64,000 bases of DNA from Ginglymostoma cirratum (Eukaryota). Position 1 is the stretch's first letter, and every line of letters begins with the position of its first letter. The notes under the pieces were generated by a model that saw only the letters and a list, made by a program, of their open reading frames with translations, was not told the DNA's origin and searched no databases. Shown here one piece after another: positions 24,056-37,863 of this stretch. The stretch covers positions 5,024,149 through 5,088,148 of the forward strand of contig JAHRHZ010000032.1 of NCBI GenBank assembly GCA_024137785.1, read 5' to 3'. The position numbers and the translations under genes were made by a program.

Positions 24056-26684
24056 AAGGCTCAGTTCTTAAAACCAACAAAATAGAACCAGGTCCTAAAA
24101 CTTGTCCACCAAACAGAGCTCTTGCAGATAGTGGTCCTCCCTAGGTATTCTCCTACACATATCTGCAGTGGATCAGATTTGAACCCGGGCCTCCTGGTCT
24201 GGAAGTAGGGGCATAACCTCTGCTCCACAATGTATCTTTTCCAACTCTGTTTGCTTCATCATCAGCAAGGTGATGGAAAGGGTCAACAACAGTTCTTTCA
24301 AGCAGCACTTGCTCAGCAATAACCTGCTCCTAACCTCATTCCAGACTAACATGGAATGATGTCACTGAGTGCCCCAATATCAACATCCTCAGGGACTTAC
24401 TATTGACCGGAAACTGAACTTGGTCAGCAATATAAATACTGTGGCTACAAGAGCACATCAAAGTCTACAGAATGCATGTTAACTCATCTCCTGTCTCCCC
24501 AAAGCCTGCCCACCACTTACAAGGCGCAAGTCAGGGGAATGATGGAATACTCTTCATTTTCCTGGATGTGCGCAGAAACAACACTCAAGAAGCTCAAGAC
24601 CATCCAAGGCAAAGAGCTCATTTGACTGGCATCTCATACATCACCTTCAACATTGACTTCCTCCTCCATCACCAATGCACAGGGGAGAATCCCTACAATA
24701 TGCACTGCAGCAACTCACCAAAGCTCCTTCAACAAAACCAAACTCATGAACCCTACCACTTAGATGTGGTGGCAGCAAATGCACAGGAGCATTATGACCC
24801 ACTAGATCCTCTTCAAACCACATATAATCCTGACATGGGACTATTTCAACGTTCCTGCATGGTCGCTGGGTCAAAATCCTGGACCTCCCTTCCTAACAGC
24901 ACTGTGGATGTACCTACCTCCCCATGAAATGCAGTGATTCAAAAGGCACGTTCTCAAGGACAATTAGGAATGGACAATAAATGTTGGCCTACCTAAAGAT
25001 CTATGATCCCTCTAAATTTTCCTGCCACTGCATGGAACTCTGAGGTCCATGCATGGCTACAGCTTCCGAAACTAGAGGTCCACACAGACTAACCCAGCTA
25101 GAACACTGCCAATGATGGCCACATCCCATTGACAAATAAGTATTAAAAATAGAGTCAGGGTGAATCTGAGCAGGGTCCGAGGACTGAAAGCATATAAATT
25201 AGTTGGGATGAGCGTGAGCAGAATACATACATTAGCTTTTATTTTCGGTTAAACCTCTGTCAGCAGTTTCAGTCATTCCCTGAACACGGACTCAAGGAAA
25301 ATAATAACAGTGATCATTTTCACATATTTTCTACAAGAATTGCGTGTGGAAATTTTCATCAAAAAGTGACAGAAACAATGGAGATGTATCGATGTCCACG
25401 CAATTTACTTATATAGCACTAACTTTATTCCCTTTTTCTAAGCTACAAATATCAATGCAACTGCTTGACCATAACAAAGGATGCATAGAGAATCCTTTTT
25501 GTGCACTCGTATTTACTGACATATACAGTCAATTGATGACTGGTTATTGCCTACAAAAACACTGAAGTCATTATTCATCCTGCAATTTCCCAAGCAAGGC
25601 AGACCAAAAAATTCATCACAGGGACTGATTTTAAAAATACATCAAGCACACTCTTCAGAGTTACTTTTGAAATAAACAAATAAATCAGCATGCAAAAATT
25701 AAATATTCCCAGTTTGTGCTTCCATAAGTAAAAATATTCTCACCTACTGGGCTCTCTTGTTGGAAATTTTTTTTAAACTTAATTCTAGCTTTTCCTGAAA
25801 TTGTTGCCCCTGGTGGACGGGTCTAGTTCCAAGCTTCTTACAGGTTTACAATTGCTCACTAATGTCAAGATTCTTCAACAGACAGAGTTTATTGACATCA
25901 AAGTGCAGTCCAATCATGCTCTGCACATTCCAGCAGATGTGTACTGTGTGTGACAATCCTGGATGTTCACCAGATTGGGAGATGTCCACCTCTTCTCGCT
26001 TTCACCTCCCCTGATGCCTTAGTTCTTTGCCGACCTGAAGCTGGGATCAGCTAACTCAAGAAAGACTGAAAGGGGATCCTGATCATCATCCCGATGAGTT
26101 AGGGCTTTGAACAGTTCAGTAACAAATTTGCCTTCTTCCGGATGCACCATGCCCTATGATGCCCACTTGTTGTATCTTGACTCTTGCCACAGGCAGAAGT
26201 GCTTGCTATTCATGTCATTGTGTAACTGGGAGTAATCAACCCAACGTTTCAGGGCAATCATTGATGAAGCAAGTAGTTAAACAACTGAATGGGGGTAATC
26301 GATTACTGAATTGACTGGATCAGTGATTGATCAGTATCAATTTTATCAATATAACGGAACAGAAGTGGATCCTGTGGTGTAGTGGTAGTACTCCTACCTA
26401 TGCTCCAGTGGTTCTGATTTCAAGTTCCACCTGACTTATAGTTGTATCATGTCAGAACAGGTTGATTTAAAATATCTCTTAGAGAAGAAAACAATTGAGG
26501 CCCATGTGTGGAAGGAGCAGTAAAACTGTATACTTGATAAACTCAACGTGTCATGGTTTCTCTCTCACCAATGGGCTTGGATCCAGATTGACATTGATGA
26601 TATTCCATCAGAACATCATTGAGTCTGTCATATAAGGTGTCAGTATGCTGCAGCCATACAGGAGATTGTCTCATAAACTTTCAA

Positions 26685-27396
26685 GTTAATGGTTATAGAT
26701 TGGAAAAAGGGGAGATGCAACAAAACCTGGGTGTCCTTGTATACCAGTCGCTGAAAGTAAGCATTTAGGTGCAGCAGGTGGCGAAGACAGCAAATAGTAT
26801 GTTGGTCTGCACAGTCAGGAGCCGGAATGTCTTGCTGCAATTGTACAGGGCCTTGGTGAGACCACACCTGGAGTATTGTGAGCAGTTTTGCACTCTGTAT
26901 CTGAGGAAGGATGTTCAGGCCAATGAAGGAAGTGCAATGAAGATTTACCAGACTGATTCCTGGGATGGCAGAACTGAAGTATAAGAAGAGATTGGATAAG
27001 TTATAAGAATGAGGAGGGATCTAATAGAAACCTGTGAAATTGTAACAGAACTAGATACAGTAAATACAGAAAGGATGTTCCCGATGACTGGCAAGTCCCG
27101 AACCAGCGCTAACAGTTCAAGAATACAGGATAGGCAATTTAGGATTAAGATAACAAGGTATTTCTCCATCCAGATAGTGGTGAGCCTGTGGGATTCTCTG
27201 CAACAGAAAGCAGTTGAGGACAAAACATAGAATATTTTCAAGAAGGAAATAGATATAGTTATTAGGGTTGAAGGGAAAAAAGGTTGTGGGGAGAAAGCTG
27301 GAAAAGGGTATTAGGTTGGATCATATTGAATGGTGGAACAAGTCTGAAGGGCTGAATGGCCTATGCATGCTCCTATTTCCTGTGTTTCTATGTTTC
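26685..27396 (+). mobile_element. 5'-truncated CR1 LINE
   Basis: LLQLYRALVRPHLEYCEQF..YLRKDV and MRRDLIETCEI. Tail tgtttctatgtttc. Confidence 0.9.
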
Positions 27397-27704
27397 ACTT
27401 TATTCAAATTTGATACCATGCTGACTTTAGTCATGCTTGGGTGATCACCGAAGCACACATGCTTCCTCTGTCAATGCAAATCTTGCATTCTTGAATCACA
27501 TGATCCCTGGACTCCCAAAACAGCATTCAGGTTAAGTGGTCTAACACACAGGGGTTCATAACAGCATGGGCATGGTATTCACAGCAACCGTCACAACCTG
27601 GAAAATCTTTCATCCTGTATGAATCCATACCAATTGTAAAATTTATTCCATTATGTTAGTTCAGAATATGATTCTGCCAAGTTGTACAAATTCCGAACAA
27701 AGAA

Positions 27705-28185
27705 AACTAAAGAACTGTGGATGCTGCAAATTCGAAACAAAAACAGAAATTGCAGGGAAAATGCAGCAGATCTGGCAGCATCGGTGGAGAGAGAGCAGTG
27801 TTAACATTTCGGGCCCAGTGACCCTTCTTTAGAATTGATTGCAGCTAAGAAAAGGTTGGTATATATGCTGAAGATGGGGTGGCGGGAGTGGCGAGGAGTA
27901 AATGATAGGTGGAGATGAAGCCCAAAGAGAGAGAAAACAACAGTTAGATGGACAAAGGAGTGCATAAAGGTCAGTCTGGGAGAACGAATAGCTACTAATG
28001 GGGACTATTAGTAGCTGACAATGGAATGGTTGTGGGAACAGTCCATGTGATGACAAGGCCTGGAGTGTGGGGGTAAGGACTTTGGAGAAGGTGCTTTTGA
28101 ACTCAACATTGAGTCCCAAAGGCTGCAGGGTTCCAAGCAGAAATGAGATGCTTTTCTTCCAGCTTGTACTGAGCTTGAAGACAGG
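27705..28185 (-). mobile_element. Penelope-like 3' end (GIY-YIG C-terminus and pLTR)
   Basis: ISFLLGTLQPLGLNVEF, plus the terminus ctctccaccgatgctgccagatctgctg..gcagcatccacagttctt. Homolog at 36880-37402 (+). Confidence 0.75.
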
Positions 28186-29863
28186 GGAAGTATATATGTT
28201 TGGTGTGAAGAACAAGCTTGACAGATCAAACATTCTTTCATGTTCATATTTCCATGCTTTAGGAAACTCAGATCTCAAAATCTGTTGAGGCTGCAGCCAT
28301 TTCGTAAATGAATAACTTTAGTCTGACTGTTCAGTATTGTTGGTAGAAGTTCACCAGCCATCATGTCTGTAATGCATGGGTGCTCAGGGTGAATGGCAGA
28401 AGCAACTGTTACACATCTTTGTACAAGCAGCTAGAGTGCCTAACAACTGATTCAGATCAGCTTGTCAGAGGGAATATGTATTCTGCATCATGACACCCGT
28501 GTCACATGCATCTCGGCAAGAAACTTTTAAAAGGGTGGCTAGTTTCATAGCAACAAAAAGTTATTTTTTAAAACAATGTAAAAATATGGGGCTGGGAAAA
28601 GCAGGTGTTTGAAGAGCACAAGTTGGCTCCAAGTTGGCACGTCTCCACACCCCTCCAGTAAAGCATCCCAATTGGTCGGATGATTCTGTCAGAGAGTCTA
28701 TTGCAGAATGCTTCATCACCAGAAATTTCCAAAAGTACAATATGTAGCTTGGTTGGTGGGAAGAAAGATCCTCCCCATCAGATCATTTTTGCATATGTAG
28801 ATTTTCAGGGCCCCTAAATGTCACACAAGGTGTTTTGCTGGGAAAGGTGGGTTATCTACCTCCTGCTGACATGTGCTTTTGCAAAGCAGGTCTGTAAAGA
28901 GACATAACGGTTTTGTTCATCCTGAGCATCTCTGTGCTCTATGGGCTCTTCATAGGAATATACAATGAAAGAATCATCAACTGTGACTGAAGGACCATTG
29001 TGAAAGTTGTCTTTTGGTCTTCCAGTGCAAAAATATTATCCAGCACCAAGGGGTTTTGCACAGTTTCCAGGCTGTCAGTGCATTGTTGGAGGTGGACCTT
29101 GGATTGCATTCCTCAGCACATAGCCATAGACCTTGAGATGTGCTGGTTTATGTAATTTATTCATGGATAACTCTTTGTAGTGCAAAACTGGCAAGTTTCA
29201 GGCAGGGCTGGCAAGTCATTCACCCAGCTGATATTCCTTTTATTTTCGAAAACAATTAATTCATAAAAGTACATTACTTAAATGTTCACCATTGACATTA
29301 TTTCGGGCACAAACCAAATCAGTTTATTCCAATTCTACATATTACTACACTTACAATTACAACCTGAAGGATTCCCATCCCCCATTTTTTGGCCTCTCAG
29401 CATATAGTTGTGAACTAGCGAATGTGCCAATCTGCACCTCCAACAGTGCACTGAGAGACTGGAAACTGTGCAAAATCTCTGGGACAGAATCTTTAACATT
29501 GGATGTAAATTGCAAATATCACACGACTGCAATTGTAGTGAGGCACCTCACGGTAACCACATCTTCTACAGAAAAGACTTGAACTACATTGCATTTTCAG
29601 CAATGCTCAATCTGCACAGTCATGGAATGTAATCCAAAATTTATGGTTTGTAGCACATTTTTGGAAAAAAATTGAATAAGTCATTTCACCAACTATCCTA
29701 CAGTGAGGGACTGGAGCTAGTGTGAAAACCCTCAGGCCACTTACACATGAGAATGCTTGAAATTAAATACAAGTCATAAATACAGTTCCTAATTGTAAAT
29801 GTGGCAAATGCCACATTATGAAATAAATTAATATGTACTGCAATCAATTAAACGTATTATTCA

Positions 29864-30111
29864 GAGACAATAGGTACTGCAGATGCTGGAGAATCCGAGA
29901 TAACAAGGTGTAGAGCTGGATGAACACAGCAGGCCAAGCAGCATCATAGGAGCAGGAAAGCTTGACGTTTCGGGCCTAGACCCTTCATCAGAAATGGGGG
30001 AGGGGAAGAGGGTTCTGAAATAAATAGGGAGAGAGGGGGAGGAGGAGAGAAGATGGATAGAGGAGAGGATAGGTGGAGAGGAGGCAGACAAGTCAAAGAG
30101 GCGGGGATGGA
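29864..30111 (-). mobile_element. Penelope-like pLTR fragment with intact hammerhead-like core
   Basis: Same family as 10289-11270. Flanked by a 10-bp direct repeat, GTATTATTCA (29854-29863 and 30112-30121). Confidence 0.85.
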
Positions 30112-33100
30112 GTATTATTCAAACTGTTCTGCACTTCTACAAAATTTTACGATTGAAACATGCTTTAAAAAAAACAAAAATGTTTAAAGCCATTTAACCA
30201 GCAGTTGCCTCAGGACACCTAGCAAGTATCCCCAGTGTAATTTAAGTACGTCGATGTTACTACCCGTTCTGGCACAGAGATGACAGATTCATTTCCTGAG
30301 CCCAGTGCATGCTAGTATTATCATGGCACATTCAACTGCAACCTCATAATATTTTTGCGTAAACAGAAGAACAGCAAGTTGTAGTAAGGATACTCTAACA
30401 CTGAAAATTTCCTTGGTTCTTTACAGAGGACTAAGGAAACGAAATGAGTGAAACAAATAAGGTATATAAAAATAGAGGAAAAGCAAACTTTGATTTCATT
30501 CTGTTTACATAGCAATCCACTTGGACAGGTTCTTAACATCCTAAATCAAAAACATGCTCCACCCAACATCATGTTTAAAAGTTCCATTTTGCAATCTTTA
30601 CTGCATAGATGGTTATCTATGTGGTGGAAGACAGGAGAAATACATGAAAAATTATATGCATGGGAGTGGAAGCAAGTGATTTGCATCAATGCTACTTGGG
30701 TCTATGGAATATACCTTTGTTTTGAAGGTGTTGGGAATTCCCAAAAGTTCTCAGCCAAGAATGTGCTGAGAAAAAATAATACAGGTTTGTCAAGTGTTAA
30801 ACTAAATTCATTAAGAAAATAAAAGGTAACTGAAATGGGAGAGGGGAAAAGCAGGAGTTTCAGTCACAAAGTGGTAACTATTTGAAAATGTGCGCATTTT
30901 CTGTTCAGAATACTCCTGTAATACTATTGTTTTGGTCATTAAACCTTAATAATCAACACTAAAAATTTATGGAAAACATCAATTTTAAAAATATTATTGG
31001 TTAGAATATGTGCATGTTACATGAGCCAGGAACTGAATTTTTAAAAGAATCTAGCTCAACCGCCTGACGGTCTTTCTTCATTAACAAAGAAGTTTAAAAA
31101 CTTCAGAAAAAGAACTATCTTCTGTGGCCTGCTGCAGATTGACGAAGTGCAGAAGCTCATTAGACTGAAATGGTCTATTTGCATATTTTATTTTTAATCA
31201 GACCATCTGTTCGAAGTTGGTGCGACTTGAGTAATTATGATGGAGAAATGGAATATCTCACCATAGCTTTCTGAACCTCGTCAAAGCCTCTAGGTGGATG
31301 GGCAGAGTTTAGCGATATGGACCAGTGCGTTTTAAAATCTAGCCTGAAAGCCAGAAACCAATTAAAAGCTCTGCTAATACGCCCAGTGCTGTGCAGCAGC
31401 AGGTTAACAGGAGTGATGGTGGGATTTTTGGATGAATACCTTGAATAACTTTAATTTGACTGTGCACAAGTGCTAGGGACCTCAGTTACCAAAGGAACTC
31501 ATCCTTGACATTTGCTGCTGTAAAAATTATGGAAGTTGGAGCCTGAAGGAATTCTCATGAATTCACTAAATCACTATCAAACTTCTGATTTCACAATCCT
31601 GTCAATGATCATTAATTTGAATGTTGAAAACTGTTATTTTTCTGATATTTGTTGTAGGTACAATATATCAGAAGCTCGTCATTGAACTGAAACTATCTTT
31701 ATATTTAAGTTGGCATTGTGGATGGGCCTAAAGTGTGTATGTGCTGGCTGATCCTGCAGCATTGCCAACGGTTAACAAGTTCAGTGCAGACACTAAAATA
31801 ATCCTTTTGAAAACATAGAGCTTTATGTGGAAGCCTGCTGTTCTCTTGTACATTTAGCAGTAAGATAAAAGTGGACACTTTGCTCAGAACATCACAGGGC
31901 CAGCATTCCTTGCTGGCCTGTGCCCAAGCTCACAGCAAGCAAAGCAGTTGATGTGTACTCAATCAGACCATCCCTTAACGCATAGGCTGTTCCTCCACCA
32001 GACTGGAGCAGCCGTGTGCTCCATTTACGTGATATCTTGTAATTGGGCAAAAGCCCACTCTCTAGAGGAAGCAGATTCATGCACATGAATTAGGTTAGCA
32101 GACCTGAAAGACCTGAAGCAGATTAAAGGCACATTGCTGTCCTGCCTGGCTGCTGTCAAGATGGGTTAGATTCAATATCACTACTTCTGTTTCTTGAATA
32201 TCGCTGAACAGAGATATGTTGCTGAAGCTTTATGTGATGCGCTCTTCAAGACAGGTGCAGTAATGTCAAATTTCAAATGATCACAGCAAGTTACATCACA
32301 GAAGAAAAGGGTGCTGGTTAATAGCAAGATGATTCTGATTTACCAAAACATTGCCACGCAGCGAACAACAGGGGAACTCTTGGCTCTCCAGGCTCCTGCG
32401 TAATTCAAAGAAGGCACAAAGCTTGAACACATTCTTTTTGTTTGCAGTCCAAATCAAATGATGAGCATCAGACAAAAACCTTCAGCAAAGGATCCGTCTT
32501 CCGCAAGATTCAAGTTTTGTACTACAAAGTTACTAGTTCTGTCTAGCTATATTTGATCTGATTTAACTGTCTTACAGCATTTGGTCTTATCAATTGTGTT
32601 ATCTGGTTCAAGTTACCCTTGGGTTGTTGCTGAGTGCAAATTAGTCACTATACTTTGCCACATAATAAGTCCATACACATCAAGAACACTTCATTGGCTG
32701 CAAAGTGTTTTGGGGCATTATAAGATCAAAAAAGACACTTCAGAAGCGCAAGGTTTTTTTTTCTCTCTTGTAGTGAATTAGCTGGTTATATCAAGCAATG
32801 TTTGTGGAAGATGTGGATGCCCTGCTTTCAAAGGCAATTACTAATAAGCACCTGCTTCAGGAAGTCTAGGAAAGAAAAGCGGTGATGATTCTTTGATTAC
32901 AGCCTGGGTATTTGGCAGCCCTTTTGTATGATAAGATGATTATCATCAGAATGACTGTTAAAGATATAAAACATTAGCTACCACCGTAGCACAAATACGA
33001 TTGGGTTGAAACTCAGCTAGGCTGCCATAATATGCTGCCTTGTCCACTTATTTCCAAAATGCTCTCATCTTTTATCCCCCAGCATCCAAAACTGAAATGG

Positions 33101-34494
33101 ATTATATTCCTCCATTATTGCTTCCTTCCTGACTAGCAGGTGCACTTAATGACCTTCTTCGGATTTATCTTATTTTCTCTTTTGCTATTTCAAACCTTTA
33201 AGTTATCCTGCAATTATAAAAGATATTCAAAAGAAAACTAAATGCATATCAGCAGTAAATGAGGCAAATCGAAAACAGAAAAAGACCTGCAAAAAGAAAA
33301 GCCAAGTTACTAATAACTAACTTTTATTACCACTGATTTTGAGTGTGTAACTTTTCACTAGAAAAGAAAACTGAAATGGGAAAAAGAGGAAAGGGGAAGG
33401 AGAAGACCGAAGAGGCAGAGAATCAATGGAGATTTCTATCACGTGAGTGAAACTGCCTGCTAATTGATGAATAAGTGCCTATTAGATAAGGTCACCATTC
33501 AGGTGAGTCAAATACATATAAATGACTAAACTACATTCAAATCAGGGTGAGAAGACTTGTGATTGGTCCAAGCAAAGAAAGTCAGACAAACTAAAACAGC
33601 CATCAGAACTTTAAGCAGAAAATATTGGCAAAATGTGCAAGGTCAACCAATCCTGGGAAGAGGGGTAGCTCAAAAAACTGTTGGCATAGGGTCTTGCCTT
33701 CACAATTTCTGATGAAGGGTTTATAACCCAAATATCAACCCATTTCTTTACCCATAGATTGTCGAAACAATACATACAGCCCTAGGACACAATACAGTTA
33801 AGGGAAAAAAGGGGAAAAAAAAATTGGCTAGAATTTGAGAAACACAGAAACAAATTGGTTGAGGCATGGAGTTTTTCTCAGATCTAGTTGAGGAGCTCGG
33901 TAATGAAAAAAAACTCTGCTACAATCTCATCACCAGTGGCAATGTCCAATTACAATACTACAGGCTTACATTGTCAGTTTGCATATTAACTGCGCACTAT
34001 AGGAATTTGTATTGGTAAAAGTTGCTGCTCAGTGCACTTAGCAACATTTCAAATAACAGTTGTTCTCCTGTGGTATGAGAAGGAGTCAAGGTTAAGGTAA
34101 GCGCAATCTAAGGCTGGAAATGCTGGTGAGTGCATGATCTAAGCTTGTAGGGGAGAAAACGTCACAATGTAGGGAATGGAGCTCAGGGCTGAACCAGGGA
34201 AAGGGTGAGGATGGAAGCTGAGATTCTGCTGGTTTGGGACAGGTACTCTGTCAATAGTGCAGGTGACATACCGTTCCCAGCTCATCCACCTTAGTCAGGC
34301 ATCAAGTCCTTTTCATATGCAAATGTTCATTTCCAATCAAATTCAAGTTTCTGGGTGGGATATCAGTCACAACCTCATTTTTGTCAAGCTCTCACTTCTA
34401 AATTTCACCAAGCCTATCCATCCTTGGCCCAGGAATCGAACTGAGCTGTTTATTGCTTGCAATGATCATGATCGGTCATGATTGAGATATTCCT

Positions 34495-34496
<2 letters not shown>

Positions 34497-34524
<28 letters not shown>
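34497..34524. repeat. (TC)n microsatellite
   Basis: Direct reading. Confidence 0.95.
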
Positions 34525-34528
<4 letters not shown>

Positions 34529-36879
34529 CACATAATTTTTAAAAAATATATTGTTCACTATATCAACCAGACTACCAGATGAAATATTAGCTGATTTCTC
34601 TTTCAGGATGTATCAATGCTTCTGTGTATTTGCAGTCATGTTTTTATTTATTATTTCCAGTATAAACTATTTTACTTTTTTTAAAACTATTTTAATCTAA
34701 ACCTGAAAAGAACAAATTACTTTTAGTCAGTTAACCAAGGGGGGCCTATTTCTAGAAAAAGAATCAAAGTCATTGATATGTTTCAACATGTTGATCATGC
34801 AGATTACTGTAATCCCTCTCTCTCTCCCCCACAAGCTAACACCAAGTTGTTTTTCACAGTGCACAGGGAACAGGGGGCTAGGTTCAAAACTGGAACAAGG
34901 CTTCTGTGATTGCAAAGGCAGCATAGATGGAATGCAGGCAAGGTTGTGCATGAAACAGCTGAGTGGACTATTAGAAAGCCTTATCCTGCTGTGTTGCATG
35001 TATTGCACATAAACCAACATCCGTAATGGAGCTCACCATACACACAAAATTTGTTCTATCAAAGTACAGTTACTCTGTACAACTAATTACAACACTATTT
35101 TTGTAACACTCATATGGCAGCCTTGGGGATTTAATGAAATGTTCCTTTAATAATTAGCAATTAGCACATAGCCCACAAGGATAAGCAAGGACGAACAGGA
35201 TGTTCCTCAGCCGATTTCATCATGCAGTAAAACACAGCCACTTTCAGTGAGTAAACCCAGCTATTTCCAATGAGTGGGACTTGTTTAAACATTCTCCCTA
35301 ACAATAATCAGATTGTTCGCCATAAAAACCTTAACTCTCCTGTCAGGGTGTCATGAAACATGCATCACCACGAAGCTATAAAAAGTTCATGTTGATGGAA
35401 AAGAAAATTACTGATAAGCAGTAATTAATGGAAAATATTCTATTGCAAATGGTAGGATTCGAAGAAATATCTGCAAAACTATAAATTATGCTTGAAATGG
35501 GCCATATTTTAGCCATATTTGATTTAACCAGAAGATCTCTATAGAAAATAATGCAATTCAGAAAATGTTTGAACAAGGATACATAAAGCGAACAAGTCTG
35601 TTGAAATGGATAGTGAGATGTGCAGGGCTCCATGCAGTGGAGTTGAAGGCTAGTTCAGCCAATATTTCTGTCAGATTGTGAAAGAAATCTGCACTAAATC
35701 ATCTGCGTGGATACATTAATAGGCATTGGAATCCTCTTCTTTCCACAGTTGAATACCCTGCTTGTGTTTTTCCCCCCTCTCAGAAGATATTTTGGATTTA
35801 GTTTTTTTATTTTTAAAGAATCTCCCTCACAGTCCTCTTCCTCTCACCTCACTTAACCCGAATGTAGTAATGTTTCATGGGTGAAGATCAGAGGATTATG
35901 TACCTCTGAAATGTTACCATGTTCAGGTGAAGCGGAGTAAGAAGAAAACTGTAAGGAAGAATTTAAACAAAAGATAATCCAGAAGGTCTTCTGAGCTGCG
36001 CCCACTTTTCTGTCATCTTTTCTGGAAGGAAACTTAGATTTCCCGTATTTCTTCTACAATATGTACAGCAGAAATTATTAATATTCATTCAAATTTTTTT
36101 AAAAAACACCAAAAAATTAAGGTTGTGACAATGACTTTGCAAAACTGGAATAGGCATTACTTAACCAGGAAGCCAATGGACATTAGTCAGAACAGAGGTG
36201 ATGAGTGAATGGAACATGGTATGGGTTAGGACACAGTCTGCAGAATTTCAGATGATCTTAAGTTTACAGAGGGTAGAACATCAGGGTCAGTCAGATTGTG
36301 TTGGGATAGTCAGGTCGAGAAGTAACAAAGGCATGAACAAAAGATTCAGCAGTGGATCTGCAGAGGTGGGTGATATTAGGGAGGTGGAAATACACAGCTT
36401 TAATGTGGGTGTGGACACGGTTAGAAGCACATTTCAGGGTGAAATAGTCGATACTTGTGAGACAGAGGAGGAGAGGTCAAGTGACATGCAGGTGGGGAGG
36501 GCACTTCAAATAGGATGTACACCTATCCCACAACCATACCATCCTTGAGCAGTGCCCCATAATGCATGGAGGAAAGCAGGCAAAACCAGCAGCCCACCAC
36601 CATATTTAAGTAAGCTATTCAGAATTAATTGGGTTTAAAAGCTCAATTGACCCCATTGTTATGATGCCTACACTATAATATGGTTGACAATAGGTAAGAG
36701 GGTGCAACCCTTTTTATTTGAATACATTTTTTAAAAAGGCAAGAAGGTAAAGGGGTTCGATCTTTGGTTGGATACCCTTTGTGCGTGGGGACACTCCTCC
36801 TTCACAGAAGACAGCAACCTCTACTTCCTCCCTCTGCCACCCCTTAATCTGTCTACAAAGAAGACCCTGAGCTTCCAGT

Positions 36880-37402
36880 TGCCTGCCGTTTCAACACACC
36901 ACCATATTCCTTGTCTAACACCTCTGTCTCAGGCTTACTGCAGTGCTTCAGTGAAGGTCAGTGTGAGCTGGAAGAAGTGTCTCATTTTCCACTTGGAGAC
37001 CCCTGCAGCCTTCTGGACTCAATATCGAGTTCAACAACTTTAGTTCTTGAGCTCTCTCATGTCCTTGCGACAACCTACACACACCAGGCCTCGTAGTGCA
37101 TATTCTGCCGTTACACACAATCCATTGTTGACCATTAACAGTCCCCATTAATAGCTATTAACCCTCCTGGCCGAATCATTAACCACTCCTTTATCTCTCC
37201 AATTGTTCCTCTCCCCCTTTGGGCTCTATCTCCAACTATTGTTCACTCCTTACCTCCTCCCTCCACCCTATTTCTGCATATAAACCGATGTTTTCCTAGC
37301 TACCATCAGTTCTGTGGGTCACTCAATTCAAAACGTTAACTCTGATTTCTCTCCACAGATGCTGCTGGACCTGCTGAACTTTTCCAGAAATTTCGGTTTT
37401 TT
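36880..37402 (+). mobile_element. Penelope-like 3' end
   Basis: ctcattttccacttggagaccc..cagccttctggactcaatatcgagttcaac (LIFxLxTLQPSGLNIEFN-like), followed by the pLTR terminus. Confidence 0.75.
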
Positions 37403-37429
37403 GCCCCTAAACTGCTCCCTCACTGTGCA

Positions 37430-37863
37430 GTGCCCCTGACTAACCTGGGCATGGGATCCACTGGGGCTTTCATTCTGGAACTGGTTGCAATCCCAGAAGC
37501 ATCAACCACCAAGTCCTTGGTTTTGCAGACTGCCATGTTCCAAGGTCCAGGACTACGTGCTGAGGGATGCACTAAAGCTTAGTGCAGCTGCTGCCAAGGC
37601 GCAGTGGGAAAGACCACTGTCTGAGGTCTTCTTGTTAAAGGTAAATGGGAGTCTGTCCAGTTATCCGACTATCCCAGTGTCTAAAATATATGTAAATATT
37701 AGCATTGTATGTATAGGAGAGTTTTTTTTTTGGATAGAGTCAAAGCCCAATGTTTTGTTGTTTACTTGATATGCAACTGTACAGACCAAACTGCATTTAT
37801 GACAATGTATATATACAAAGAGATTTTTTTATGAATAAAATATGTTTTTGAAACAAAATAAAG
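37430..37863 (+). mobile_element. Tx1-clade LINE 3' end with 3'UTR and A-rich tail
   Basis: CRLPCSKVQDYVLRDALKLSAAAAKAQW, followed by AATAAA and an A-rich end. Confidence 0.75.

Larger units (their letters stand above)
22000..25140 (+). mobile_element. Old CR1-type LINE with nested younger CR1, ~65-bp repeat and Tx1 fragment
   Basis: Homologous (reverse complement) to 270-2690. The 3' end reads ggacaattaggaatggacaataaatgttggcc...gccaatgatggccacatccc. Confidence 0.6.

Noticed and set aside
25741-26200. Minus-strand donor-like site AG|gtgaga with unique-looking upstream sequence
   Set aside because: No ATG or signal-peptide-like frame near the donor, and no recognisable protein similarity.
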